A stretch of DNA of 64,000 nt. Origin: Felis catus. Taxonomy: Eukaryota. Positions within the stretch are counted from its first letter, which is position 1, and every line of letters begins with the position of its first letter. The position numbers and the translations under genes are program-made. This document shows positions 24,698 through 36,644 of the stretch, one piece after another. The notes beneath the pieces were generated by a model. It saw nothing but the letters and a program-made list of their open reading frames with translations, was not told where the DNA came from and made no database searches. The stretch spans positions 2,976,001-3,040,000 of the forward strand of contig NC_058368.1 of the NCBI RefSeq assembly GCF_018350175.1. The letters run 5' to 3'.

Positions 24698-26811
24698 ATG
24701 TAACTCCTCCTCTGTTATTTTGTTCTTCTCTTGATAAAGCACTCAGCAATCTTTAGGCAACTGAGCCCAAATCACTGTGTAAAGTCTTGGTAGGAGTGAC
24801 TCATTCACTAATTTTCCTGCTTTGTTGCTATGAACCATAGAATCATAAGTGGGCATCTGGAAAGTATATCAGGATTTTCAAACAGCCAATGTGGATAAAC
24901 CATTCCTTTGCATTCTGGAATCTCTTGGGGACAGTAGAGAACTATGGTGTTGTTGAGGGCTACTGTGAGCAGTGTGTTTGTTTTTATAATTAGTTATATT
25001 AAATTCCAGAGGAAAACATCCTTATTTAAAAAGCATTACATATTGTGCAAAGAGAGGAAAATTTAAAACAATTATTATTGTGGGAAACAACCTCATATCC
25101 ATGAGTAATAGGTTTGGGATAAATTTACAGCATGAGCTGTAGGCCATTATGAAACATCTCTTAGAACTGCTTGACCAAGGTGTCTTAGAAGCTTGGGAAA
25201 GTACACGACTTAGTACGAGGCTTTTCTTTTCCAAAGCAATACTGTTCTTTTCTGGGACACACGTCCAAGTCAGTAAGCTTCTTTAGAGGAGGAGATAATA
25301 TCACACAAATGAAATTATAATTGACGTTAGGAAAACACACCTACTTCTTGGAACTTCCAACTGTCTGGAAATAACTACAAAAGATGGCTATTCACCAGTT
25401 TTTCCTAAGTCTTCAGGAAAGGAAACATTAACAAAATATACATTTTCTCTGTGTCGTGCTAATAACTCTTCATGAGGTAAACTGTTTTATTTTTTCTGAT
25501 TACTCGTAAGTCTTAAAGAGATCGGTGCCTGATCTAGGTCTAACAGAAAATGAGTTTTAAAAGTCTCATCAGAGAGCAGACTTTATAGATAACTGAGTCA
25601 AACTCTCTCATTTTATGAGACCTAATTGAGCAAGAATCCAATTTTGTGTTTTGTTAAGTAGGAACAGCAATCGCTTCCTAGGTGACTCTGATTTGAATCG
25701 CAAAGTGTATTGTACATTTTAACATATCCAAATCATGTGTTTTCCATAAAATTTGTATAAAGAGTTCCTAAATAGTTCCTTCTTCTCAACCAATTATATA
25801 CATTTAGATCTTAAAAATTCCCTCATGTGGTAGATTGTAATTTGAAAGTCGGAACAGTAATAAGCATAGAAAAAGAGAGGTCAGTTTTCGAGATACTTGA
25901 CACAACATTGGGTCTCACTGTGTACAAACAACCTGACAATTTTGTTAAAATTTCATGACCTAGTCAGCGTTTTAGAGGGAAAACATTTTGACAAAAGCCA
26001 CATTGGATAACTGTTAGCTTCTGTGTTCATTAACTCTTTTGAGAAGCAAATGTTTCGCATAAGGAGGAATGTTTCCGAGGCACTTCTGCATCTCACATGT
26101 GTGTCTTAATGAATCCCATGGTTTGAAACGTCTCATGCAATTTGACAGGGATTATATTGATTACAGATAATTAAAAATATTATAACATAAAAACTCATTC
26201 CAGGTGTGTATAAAGAGTTGTCTACTTAGTTGTGCGCTATTTGGCATGTTTATAAAATGTTACGAAGAGAGGGTCATAGAGATGCGTACATATACGTGTA
26301 AACGTATAGGACATGTACGCGTATGCACACATGCACGGCGATATTTAAAATTTCTCGTTCACGGTATGGGGGAAAATATAAACTTCGCTTAAAGAAAATC
26401 ATGGCTTTTGACATCTCTTTAAAGATTTCGCCAGGCAGTGTGGCATGAACATCTGCTACGTGCTGAATTGTTCCTGATGGTGTTAACTGAGAAGGAAGAA
26501 TCATTTCACCGGAGACTATGATTCTCAGCTTTATCATCTTGGAAACCCTTTGCTCTCTTTGGTTTGCATTTTCTTAAAAAGTCTACGTGCGTCTCCCCTT
26601 TCCTGCGATGGGTGTCCAAGATGGCAGCCCGTGGCTGGTCCCAGCAGCCCCAGTGGAATCCGTGCTCAGGAATTTGCACAGCTGCGGGAGCCTGGGCAGC
26701 GACACGGAGGGGACTTTGCAGCTGCTCAGCTGTGTGATACAATGAACACATGAAATATCCCCATCCGGGACCACGGCCACTTTAATGAAAAGTTACAGGG
26801 GGAGGGGAAGT

Positions 26812-27040
26812 ATTATTATTTATTTTATTTATTTTTAAAATTCTTTTTCACATGTATTCGCTTTTGAGAGACAGAGTGGGAGTGGGGGAAGGGGAGAGAG
26901 AGGGAGACACAGAATCCGAAGTGGGTCCCAGGTCCTGAGCCGTCAGCACGGAGCCAGACTCGGGCCCGAACTCATGGACCGTGAGATCATGACCTGGGCG
27001 GAGGTTGGACGCTTTACAGACTGAGCCACCCGGGCGCCCC
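26812..27040 (-). mobile_element. CAN-SINE
   Basis: SINE body ending ccacccgggcgcccc. Confidence 0.94.
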
Positions 27041-27463
27041 TGGTTAATCCAGTTTAAACCAGGTGAACTTTCTTCCTTATCGTCAAATGGTTTCTTTCTA
27101 AACACACCGTGGTGTGACTTTTCCCCTTGCTTTAACATGACTTACGGATGAAGTTTCAATTTATGTGCACTGTGAGGGGCCAAAAGATTACTTAGGTACT
27201 TTGTGGAACGTATTTTCTTCAGAGCTTCCTGGGTTCACTGTGGAGCAATTTTGATGACAAACTGAAGATCTTAAATGAGCTCTAGAGGTCTCCTCTTAGA
27301 ACCCTTTATGAAGTGATAAGTGAGTTTCACTAGAGAGTCAAACCTCAATAAGGACTCAGGATAAGTGGTGAAGGAATGGACGGAAGAAAATCTGCCTTTC
27401 TGCCTTTCGCTAGCTGTTTCTTTCTCTCCTTTGTCTCGTTTTTTTTTTTTTAACTTGTTTAAC

Positions 27464-27555
27464 CCTTCCTTCCTTCCTTCCTTCCTTCCTTCCTTCCTTC
27501 CTGTCTGTCTCTTTCTTTCTTTTTCTTTCTTCCCTTGGCTCTCTTTTCTTCTCTC
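27464..27555. repeat. (CCTT)n and pyrimidine-rich simple repeat
   Basis: Direct reading. Confidence 0.9.
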
Positions 27556-29019
27556 ACGATTTATAAAGAATGTAGCCCGTTTTTCTCATCTCTGGGTCCT
27601 CTGACCCCCTCCCCGAAGCATTTGTGTCACATGGATGTATTTATTGCTTTAAGAAATCAACCAAAGATTCTGATGTGATGTGACTGAGAGGAAGATGCCA
27701 ACATGATGCTTAAAGAAGAGTGATGTTTTCTACTTCATCAGAGAATCTGGTAATTTTTATGAACCGAGTGACAATAGTATTTATGAAGTAGTTTCGTGAA
27801 TGCAAAGGAAGCCCAGAGCCAGGATCTGGGCTTAAGGAGAAATCGGTGTCGGGGAATCCGTACAGCCTCTTGTCCACCCTGCAGTCAGAACACTCACCGG
27901 CTCGCCACTCTGAGAGTGCTTCGGAAGAGGGGTGTCCAGGCCTGGGCTGGGGACTTTGCACAAGGTCATCCAAGGTGAGGAACTGACCAGTGTAGAGCCT
28001 CGGCATGATGCTACCGGGAGGCGAGAGTTCTGAAGCAAATCTTCGTGGGCAAGCTATTAGTCTCGGTAAATAACCCACTTTACTTGGCTCTTGTCTTACT
28101 TGCCTGGAGCAAGCAACTTAGTTATTCTTGCGTGTTCTCAGTGTTGTTTATCACAGGGACATAAAAGTATTTGGGACTCGTTTTTCAGCCTGCATCACCT
28201 TGTCGTGGGTGAGCGTCATTATGGCACATCACAACTATTGCAATGACATTACACGTCTTTTCCGTAAGACTGAAAAATGTAGAGCACCTCCTCTTTTTAT
28301 CGTGATAAATATGTTGCCCGGTCGCAATTTTAAGCTAAATTTCGAAGTCAAATGGATACTTTCATGACAAGACGAAACGAAACCGTCTCCAAAGCCTTCC
28401 CGATTCCCACCTCATAACGAAGCACCGTGAGCCCAGGGTTCTACAGATGACCAGACAATCTCAGCCCTTGGGTGGTGCCTGGCAGGTGGGGTTGGCAGGG
28501 TTGAAGAGGGAGCGTGAAACCGTGTGATGAAGGCGAATGGACTACACTGATTATTTCTGCACGGGTGCATTTTGACTCCGCTGACTTCTGCTGGTTTCCG
28601 AGGTCAGCAGGTGGACCCACAGCAGGTCTCCTGAAACTTGTGTGTCATTGCACACACGTGGGCAGATTTTGTAAACTCTACTAATCCACGCCGTTTACTC
28701 AGGAGTAATATAGAAAGACCATCCAGATCACTAAGGGTATTAATCAAATGCTTATTTCGCAGGTCTGTACCACCCCCCTGATGATTCCCTATATACTGAC
28801 GGAGAGAATTAATTAAATTACGGCTCCTCAGAGCGAGGCATGCCAGATTTAGTATTCTAGGGCAGAGGCACTGTATGTAATCAAAATCGGCTAATAACTC
28901 AGTTTCTGCGCTCGGATTTATTTTCTCTTGACAAACTTGGGCCTGTCCCGAGAAGCATCGGCAGTGTGGCGAGCCGACCTAGAATCACGTAATACGAAGA
29001 CCAATTAGAAGAATTAGGC

Positions 29020-29335
29020 AGTTTTTAGCCTGGGGAAGAGAAGTCGTAATGGGGACAAGATCGTTGTCTTTAAACATTTGAGAAGCTGTCAGATGGGAAA
29101 GGATTACGCTGGTTCCGTGAAAACTCCAGAGGGCATAAGGACGTGGAAGTTTCAAGGAAGCACGTTGGGGTCGACGAGGAATTTCTAACAGTCTGAGTGT
29201 TACGAGCCAAGTGATGAGTCCTAAAACACCGCAGGGTGGTGTCCACGGAAGGAATTTCTGCCCCAATTAATCCACGGACTCTTGGATCAGGCATCTTTGA
29301 AGGTAGCTTCCACTTCTAAGATTCCGTGATGCTCG
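29020..29335 (+). mobile_element. CR1/L3 3' end fragment
   Basis: tttagcctggggaagagaag...gtctttaaacatttgagaagctgtca...ggaagtttcaagga...aatttctaacagt and terminal gaaggtagcttccacttctaagattccgtgat. Confidence 0.75.
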
Positions 29336-29399
29336 GATGTGAAAACTCCACCTCACATAGAGTCGGTCAGCTCTGTTGACAATCGGTCACAAGAGCACG

Positions 29400-29880
29400 C
29401 TTGCAGATGTCCTGACATCCAGACTGAAACGTGGCCTCCAAGGACGCCGGAGACACCACCTCTGACAGTCTCTACCCTCGTGCGCTCAAGCGCTCCTCCT
29501 CGCTTTCCAATGGGCTGCCCTCCTGCTGCTTCTAGGCTTTTCTTTTCGGCTCCGAGTCGTCACGCAGGCTTGTCCTTCAGCCTAGAATCCTCTCCTTTCA
29601 GTCTTCCTCAGCGAACTGTATCCATCTCCGTGCCAATGTCTCTCTCCCAGGGATGGCTTGACTCACCAGGTTCACTCCCCACCGGACAGCCTGCGTGGAG
29701 CCATGCACTCTCCTCTTTTCCAGGGCTCTTCCCTCCATTTGAGAGCTATTTGTTCACCGTCTGTCTTTCCTACAAGACTCGAGGGCGGGACACGTCTCCG
29801 GTTCGTGGCTTTATCATCAGTGTCTTGGCACAGTGCTGAGCACGGCATTTCCCCAAAATACTCGCTAGATGAACGTTGCC
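29400..29880 (+). mobile_element. L2 3' fragment
   Basis: Pyrimidine-rich body then gagggcgggacacgtct...cagtgtcttggcacagtgctgagcac...aaatactcgctagatgaa (L2 3' end-like). Confidence 0.6.
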
Positions 29881-30469
29881 CCAGTGGACTTAAAAATGCT
29901 CGGGTATATTGCTATCAGACTTAGTTTTTTAAAGTTTCCAGAACTCATCATCGTGTGTCTCTAGGAGGGAGCTGAGACACTTCAGGCACTGCAAAGCTTT
30001 TCCAAGTTTTATAAGCCTTTTTTAAGTGTTTTATTTTTCCAGTGTTGCAAGATTCCTTTCCCACGGCACTCACTGCCTTCAGAGTTTTTGAAACAGCTCT
30101 CCCGATGTAGCACCACAATGGTCCACCCGACGGGAGCGAAAGAGCCCAGTCAGATTTGCCTGATCTGGGGGGCAGAGAAAGCCCAGAAGGGAAAGAAGTG
30201 CCAACAGCGAGAAAGGTGACAAAGGGAACAGGCCAGAAGCGGCTTGGCACACAATTATACTTGCGTTACTTCTCAGCCGCAGTGAGAATTTCCCCTTCTC
30301 GTCTCCCACCGCACCACAAGCTCTAAGGACCTGATAACTGAATACACAAGAAATGTTCAGCTGTGACCTCCAGGAGGGAAATTTACAGTACCTGATTGTC
30401 ATTCACTTTTGTTTTCTGGAAACTTTCTCTTCGCGATGCCTGCCGCCTTTGCCTAAGAAAAGTTAGTTT

Positions 30470-30657
30470 GGGGGCGCCAGGGGGGGGCTCAGTCAGTAGA
30501 GCATCCAACTCTTGATTTTAGCTCAGGTCATGATCTCACGGCCGTGGGATTGAGTCCCACGTCAGGCTCTGCTCTGAGCGTGAAGCCAGCCGAGGATTTC
30601 CCTCCCTCGCCCCCTCGTGCTCTCTCTTTATCTCTCTCTCTCTCTCAAAAAAAAAAA
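30470..30657 (+). mobile_element. CAN-SINE (older subtype)
   Basis: gctcagtcagtagagcatccaactcttgattttagctcaggtcatgatctc; (CT)n and A tail. Confidence 0.92.
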
Positions 30658-31364
30658 TTAAGTTTTCTGTCTCACAGATGTTTTCAGCCTGTTGACAGGT
30701 TTCCAGACCAGTTGGCGTGTAAGATCACCGGTTGCTTTTCATGGTGGAGCCCCGATCCGTCATCTATTATAAGTTCATTGCAAGTGCCTTCCCCGAACTT
30801 GTTTGGTAGTTTTGAGACCAGATTGGAAAGAGTTTATTCATTCCTTTGAACTTGCGTGATTTCATTTCATTTTTTGTCCTCCTGCCCACCCATTCCTTTT
30901 TCTCTTGCTACAAGAAAATAACCCCAATCTTGTGACCGCCCTGATACAAGCATAAGCCCTTCGGTAGGCAATTTACCAGATGAAACACACGCCCAGATTC
31001 ATGTATAATGTTACTAGGGTGAACTGCTTACAGAGGCCCTTAAAAGTTGTTTTATACAGGAAAAGCACGGTAACACTAGTTATGATCCCTTTGGTAGCAT
31101 TTGCCACGGTCCTAGGAACATCGACCCCAAATTGTTGCTTTAGTAGTGACAATGGAAAGAAGGAAAAGGCAAAGGAGCCCCTGTGGTGCCTGCTGCCCAA
31201 ACGGTGTCTTGATCCATTTTCAGTAGGGAGTGGGGTTTGAGTTATTTTTTCCAGAACTGAAGATGTGTCTATGATGAGTCATCCTTGCTCTCGGTTGGTT
31301 GTGTTCAAGTCAACAAATATTTCCCGAGAAATTTAGAGGAATACTATGATGAGTAAGAATCTTA

Positions 31365-31578
31365 GGGGCGCCTGGGTGGCTCCATTGATTGAGCGACTTC
31401 GGCTCAGGTCATGATCTCGTGGTTTGTGAGTTCGAGCCCCGCGTCGGGCTCTGTGCTGACAGCTCGGAGCCTGGAGCCTGCTTCGGATTCTGGGTCTCCC
31501 TCTCTCTCTGCCCCTCCCCCACTCATGCTCTGTCTTTCTGTCTCAAAAATAAATAAACATTAAAAAGAAAGAAATAAA
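31365..31578 (+). mobile_element. CAN-SINE (first of tandem pair)
   Basis: Full SINE body and tail. Confidence 0.96.
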
Positions 31579-31579
31579 T

Positions 31580-31820
31580 GGGGTGCCTGGGTGGCTCAGT
31601 CGGTTGAGCATCTGCCTTCAGCGCAGGTCATGCTCTCAGAGCTTGTGGGTTCGAGCCCTGCGTCAGGCTCTGTGCTGACAGCTCGGAGCCTGGAGTCTGC
31701 TTTGGATTCCGTGTCTCCCTCTCTCTCTGACTCTCCCCCACTTGTGCGTGTGCTCTCTCTCTTTCTCTCTCTCTCTCTGTCTCTCAAAAATAAATAAACA
31801 TTAAAAATCGAAGAAAAAGA
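31580..31820 (+). mobile_element. CAN-SINE (second of tandem pair)
   Basis: Full SINE body starting directly after the A-rich tail of the first. Confidence 0.96.
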
Positions 31821-34319
31821 ACATTACACCAAAAGATCTTTCAGGCTTGTGGACCTCACTGCATTGTTTGGGGATACCTGGATTGGATGTGTGACCTTAG
31901 TCCCATTAACAAGATGCTCAGGTCAGCAGAGCCAACAGGCGTGTGGGTCTGAGGCACATAACAGAACAATAGAGTCTTGTGGTTGTCTTTTGTCATAAAG
32001 CAGCAACTGGAATGCAGGAGGGGGGCTTCCAGATGAAGTCCTGGAGGGAAGGGGTTGGTTGGCCAGGAACTGACAATAACGTGACCCATGTGGCTGTTGC
32101 ACAGAAGCTCAGATACACCATAGCAGTCCGGGAGCTTTGGTAAACAACGCTTTGGATCCTAGAGTTGGAAGAATAGTGCAATAAAGCCAGATAAGAGGAA
32201 TAGACAAAAACTGACCAGCGAGAAGATGGTTAAAACAGTCGTCCTTGCAAGAACAAGAAATGCACCTGAACCAGTCTTTGCTGGCACGCCCTTCCCTGCT
32301 GTGACCTCAGCTAGCTGGGGGCTCTGCGCGTGGTCCCTCTAATCCCGAGGGTGGCTCTTTCCAAACTGCTGTGTGCCCGTGTGTGTGTGCATTCCTGCAG
32401 AAGCCTGCAGCCGCACGTGAATGCAGGATCCCTGTCTCTGGGACTGTCAGGCTGTCACGTTTGATGAGTCTTAGGCTTGAAAAGGAAAAAAAGAAACAAA
32501 CACTCACATCAAACCAAGATGCGGTAGCCAGAGCCGAGAAAGAAAATAGGCCACACCGCGGGCCCCCCTCTCTCCTTCTCTCTCTCTCTCTCTGTCTGCA
32601 AAAAAAAAAAAAAAAGGCGAAAGTCACATGCATTCACATTTGGAACAAGACTGCATTGTCCGCAGTGCTGCCTCCCCGAAAGCCTCGGGTGCCCGTGGCT
32701 CTGCTGCAATGCTCAGTCTGGCAAAGACACAGGGAGGTGATTCAGGACAACCCGAAGCGGTGCAGGGAACCTGGTGCTAAATTTAGCACGAAATCTTGCC
32801 ATCCTGCGGCCGGCTGGGTCCGGGCTGGGCAGGATCTGTCCACACAGCCCTCAAGGACAGCCGATGGAGCCCTGGCAGAGCGCCACACGGTCCGGGGAAA
32901 GGCTTTCTGATCTCTTACTCTCGCTTTCCAAAACGTGGACGCTTTTTCATGAGTTTAAAGGCTGCAAAGATCCCTTTCCGACTGGCCTCCCGTTACCTAA
33001 TTAAAATAAGAACAGCTTGTGAGAAGGCCGTAACACAGAAGAAGCAAGTCACTTTCCTCTTGGGCACGTTGGACTTCCAAAGCTTGTAAGATGTTCCCCT
33101 GGCGGGTGACTCACACCCTCAGGATTACCACTCCCAAGCACTTCAGAGAGAGCAACATTTGGTGTGTCAAAAGACAGGACGTGCGAGAAGGGGGAGAATT
33201 TTCCACAAAAGTACAGCTTCCTGCCAGAGAGCACACGGGAGGGCCGAACATTTGGGCATAAACAACTCGCACGTCTGAGGAAGGAGAGCGACTCAGAGGA
33301 GGCTGCCGAGAGGGCTGGAGAGGCCCATCTAGTTCTCAGAGTGTGGCCAAAGTCCTCTGTGGTGGCCCTACCTGAAGCAAAAGGGTTGACGTGGACCTTT
33401 ATTGGGGTAAGCCGAAGGGGCCCTTCCCCTCTCAAGAAATAAAGTTAACGAAAACGTGGGCCAGAAGCTGGAATCCTGCTGTTTTCATACGATCCCGAGG
33501 ATCTGGCCTGAATCTTTCTGGTTTTATTTTCTTCGTATTTATGTGTAAACAATCTTATGACTTCTCTCTCCACCTCAGGGGGCCCTGAGACGATCAAGAA
33601 GCGAGGGTCACAGCTCTCCTCCGTCTACTGCGGAGGGTGTTGGGTGCCCGCTCTCACCGGGGCGTGGTGAGGGCTTCTCCTGGGGGAGGAGGCTGGATCA
33701 ACCCGTCACTGACTGAGGACATTCAGTCTAAGTGAGGTAACCGGGGTCAGGCGGTCAAGAGCCACGGACTGAGTAGAAATGAAGCTGCTCCCCCTTCCTG
33801 TTGAGCCTTCCTACAGCAGTTTCACACTCTCGGCAATAGAAACACTCTTAGGGGTGTCTCTCTTGAGCTTCTCACCCCATCCCCATATGGGTCTCTGCTT
33901 CAGCTTCTTCCTTTGTAGAATGCCCTTCGTGTCGTTCTTCTCCGACCCCGTTCTCTCAGGCCCCGGCTCTGGCTGCTTCTCCCTCAGTCCTGTGCTCTGT
34001 GGCGACGTCCTCCTCCCGGCCTTAGTCTCAGCTCCCGCTGGAGGGTCTCAGTCCTCCCCCTTTTGCTGAGATTTTCTGCTGGAGCTCCAAGGCCTGATAC
34101 ACAACGTGCCAACCTGGCTGCCTTGTGGGGACCCCCTACACCAATACCTCCCAAGTCATACATAGTCAATGATTTGCTTATTAAAAAGCTGGTATATGCC
34201 AGACCCTGTGCTGGAAATGAGTAGCTAAGCCAGCCAGTGATAAAGCCGCTTCACCACCATTTTGGGGAACGTGGGCTCGGGAGAGGAAAGGCTGGGTTTT
34301 GTCACTTTTAAAGCATATG

Positions 34320-34505
34320 AACTTCAACAAGTGGCAGAATTTCTCAAGACCTCGAGGAACTTATTCTTTACACAAAGGGGATAACCACGTTACCGTCTTG
34401 AGGTGTCATTGCAAGAATTGAATGTGATAATGTTTGATAATGAATGAATGAATTGAATGTGATAATGTGTGGTACGTAGCTGAGGTCAGTAAATATTAGT
34501 GGTTA
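34320..34505 (+). mobile_element. MIR fragment with internal duplication of gaattgaatgtgataatgt
   Basis: aaaggggataaccacgttacc...gtcattgcaagaattgaatgtgataatgt...ggtacgtag...cagtaaatattag. Confidence 0.6.
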
Positions 34506-34539
34506 GGAAAGAGATTGTGGAAAAGAAGTAGAGGGACAG

Positions 34540-35812
34540 CTAACGATTCTTTAGTGGGTCCGGGATGGCTTCATAGTGATGGAGGGGTTGAGATCATCCG
34601 TCAAAGATGACAAACAGTCGGCCAGGTGGGAGTAGGGAAGGGGGTTCCGTTCCCCCATTTGCGAAGGCATGAGGAGTGAAATAGCATGTGACGTTTGTTG
34701 AACCTTAAGCAGTGCAGTACCAAGAACAGGGAGTTTGGGGGGATCGAGGAGGAGAGTTGAAGGTAGAATGTATGCAGGCAGCTAGTCGTGGAGCATCTTG
34801 CGTGTTAAGCTAAAGAATCTCAACTTGCTCCTGGAAGCGATGGAGAGCCACTGAAGGAATTGCAATGGGAGAACAACGTGATCGGATCTGCATTTCAGAA
34901 AGAACGCATTGGCAACTGTGTGAAGTAGGGATTGGAGCCGTGCCAGGCTTGAGGCAAGGAGACTGGTTATGAGGCAGTTGCAGTAATCCAGGCAAGAAGT
35001 GATGAGGGCCTGGATTAAGGTAATGGCTTTGGGGATAGACAAAATGGCAGAGAGTTGAGTGGCTATTAAGGAGGTAGAATCTGTAGGACTTGGTGTCTCG
35101 TTGTGAAGGCTAAATGAGAAAAAAAGAATCTGGGATGCCTGCCAAATATTTGCTGTGGGCAAGTAGGTGGATGGCAGTGTCATTCAATGAGGTATGAGAA
35201 GATTGAAAGAGGAAAATGTTTTGCTATTGGGTCTAGTTTGGGATGTAACGATTTCTCTATAGATTAATTTAAGGACTGATGTCTAATGGAAGTCTGGGCT
35301 TTTCTTGCAGATGTGAGGACCCTAAACCCAGAGGATGATAAGCAGTGCAGTGTGTTCAGATGAAGAATTGGGTGTCAAGTGAAAAGAGCCAAAGGGGGAA
35401 TAATGGACATTTAGGAAGGACGATGACAAATCAGTGACATAGTCTAGAGAGACAAGTCATGGAGCTCAGAAGAGAATCAGGAAAGGTGAGCATCACAGAA
35501 GGTGGACAAGGAGTGATTCATAGAGTCACAGACACAAATATATCAAGTTAGGGAAGAGGAAACTGACCACTGGTTTGGGAAACATGGAGGCCATTAGTGA
35601 ACTTGGGGAGAACAATCTCATTGGAGTTGTGGAATGATGTCACAATACAGTGAGTTGAAAAGCACGTGGGCAGTGAGAAAGGGTAGATCTCTACTGAGTC
35701 AGGAAGCTTTATGATAAAAAAAGGGAAAAGGAGAGAGAATGGAATTTAGAAAGGGATTTGAATTTGAAGAAAGTGGGTTTTTGTTTGTTTTTGGAGCAAA
35801 TGTGGAAGAACA

Positions 35813-35853
<41 letters not shown>

Positions 35854-36170
35854 GAGAAGGAAGGCCAATAGAAATAGAAATATAGAAGATAGAGAAAGAA
35901 TAAATGTTAGAACACTGCCATTGAGAGGGTGGGAAGGAATGGCTTGCAGAGCATGACTGATGCCACAGACTCTGGAAAGAAGGGTTACGTTCTCAACTGA
36001 GAACCAAAGAAAATGAAGAAAGACCAGTGTCTGCTTAGATTCATTTTAACAGAAGAAGGAAAGAATCCTTGCTTGATACACTTTGTTTCTGTTAATCAGG
36101 GGCAAGTTCATCCATTGAGAATATAGAGGAGGTGGGCTTGAGGTTAGGTGTAGCACTTTAAATAGCATTG
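34540..36170 (-). mobile_element. L2 LINE fragment including ORF2 C-terminal region
   Basis: ORF 34782-35183 encodes LIQALITSCLDYCNCLI...LQSLLH...RSDHVVLPLQFLQWL, the L2/CR1-clade SRLDYCN..LQ..DHVTP.L..LHWL signature; purine-rich flanks typical of antisense L2. Confidence 0.9.
35816..35852. repeat. (TG)n microsatellite
   Basis: Direct reading. Confidence 0.95.
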
Positions 36171-36241
36171 GGGTGGGGTGGAATTAGGAAATAGCTAATA
36201 TTCGTTGAATGTTTACTGTGTTCTGGTTAGAATTTTAATTG

Positions 36242-36464
36242 ATTAAAATTTTTTTAACTTTTTTTATTATTTTTGAGAGACAGAGAAAGACAAAGCACGA
36301 GCAGGGGAGGGACAGAGAGAGAGAGGGAGACACAGAATCTGAAGCAGGCTCCGTTCTCTGAGCTGTCAGCACCGAGTCCGACGTGGGGCTTGAACTCACA
36401 AACTGTGAGATCATGATCTGAGCCAAAGTTGGACGCTTAACTGACTGAGGTACCCGGGCATCCC
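36242..36464 (-). mobile_element. CAN-SINE inserted in a MIR
   Basis: TSD tagaattttaattg / tagaatttttaattg. Confidence 0.95.
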
Positions 36465-36620
36465 TAGAATTTTAATTGTTGTAAACACATTCACTTTTTT
36501 GATTCTCACAATAATAATCTCTACTTTAGAAATGAGAAAACTGAGGCACAGAGGGATTATCCTGACAGAGGAGGACTTGAACTCAACATTTTGACTCCAT
36601 AGACCATCTTTTTACGCGCT
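36465..36620 (-). mobile_element. MIR fragment
   Basis: ctactttagaaatgagaaaactgaggcacagaggg...ggacttgaactca...tgactccatagacc. Confidence 0.8.
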
Positions 36621-36644
36621 AGTCTATATAAACAGCACTAATAT

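Noticed and set aside
29339..29839. 166-aa Ser/Pro-rich ORF
   Set aside because: GTG start, overlaps pyrimidine-rich L2 fossil, no recognisable domain
31850..32200. Possible MaLR/LTR fragment
   Set aside because: Only vague resemblance; no terminal motifs or TSD that I could confirm
32371..32910. 179-aa ORF
   Set aside because: GTG start, crosses (CT)n and poly-A (LSLSL, KKKKK), no homology or splice context recognised
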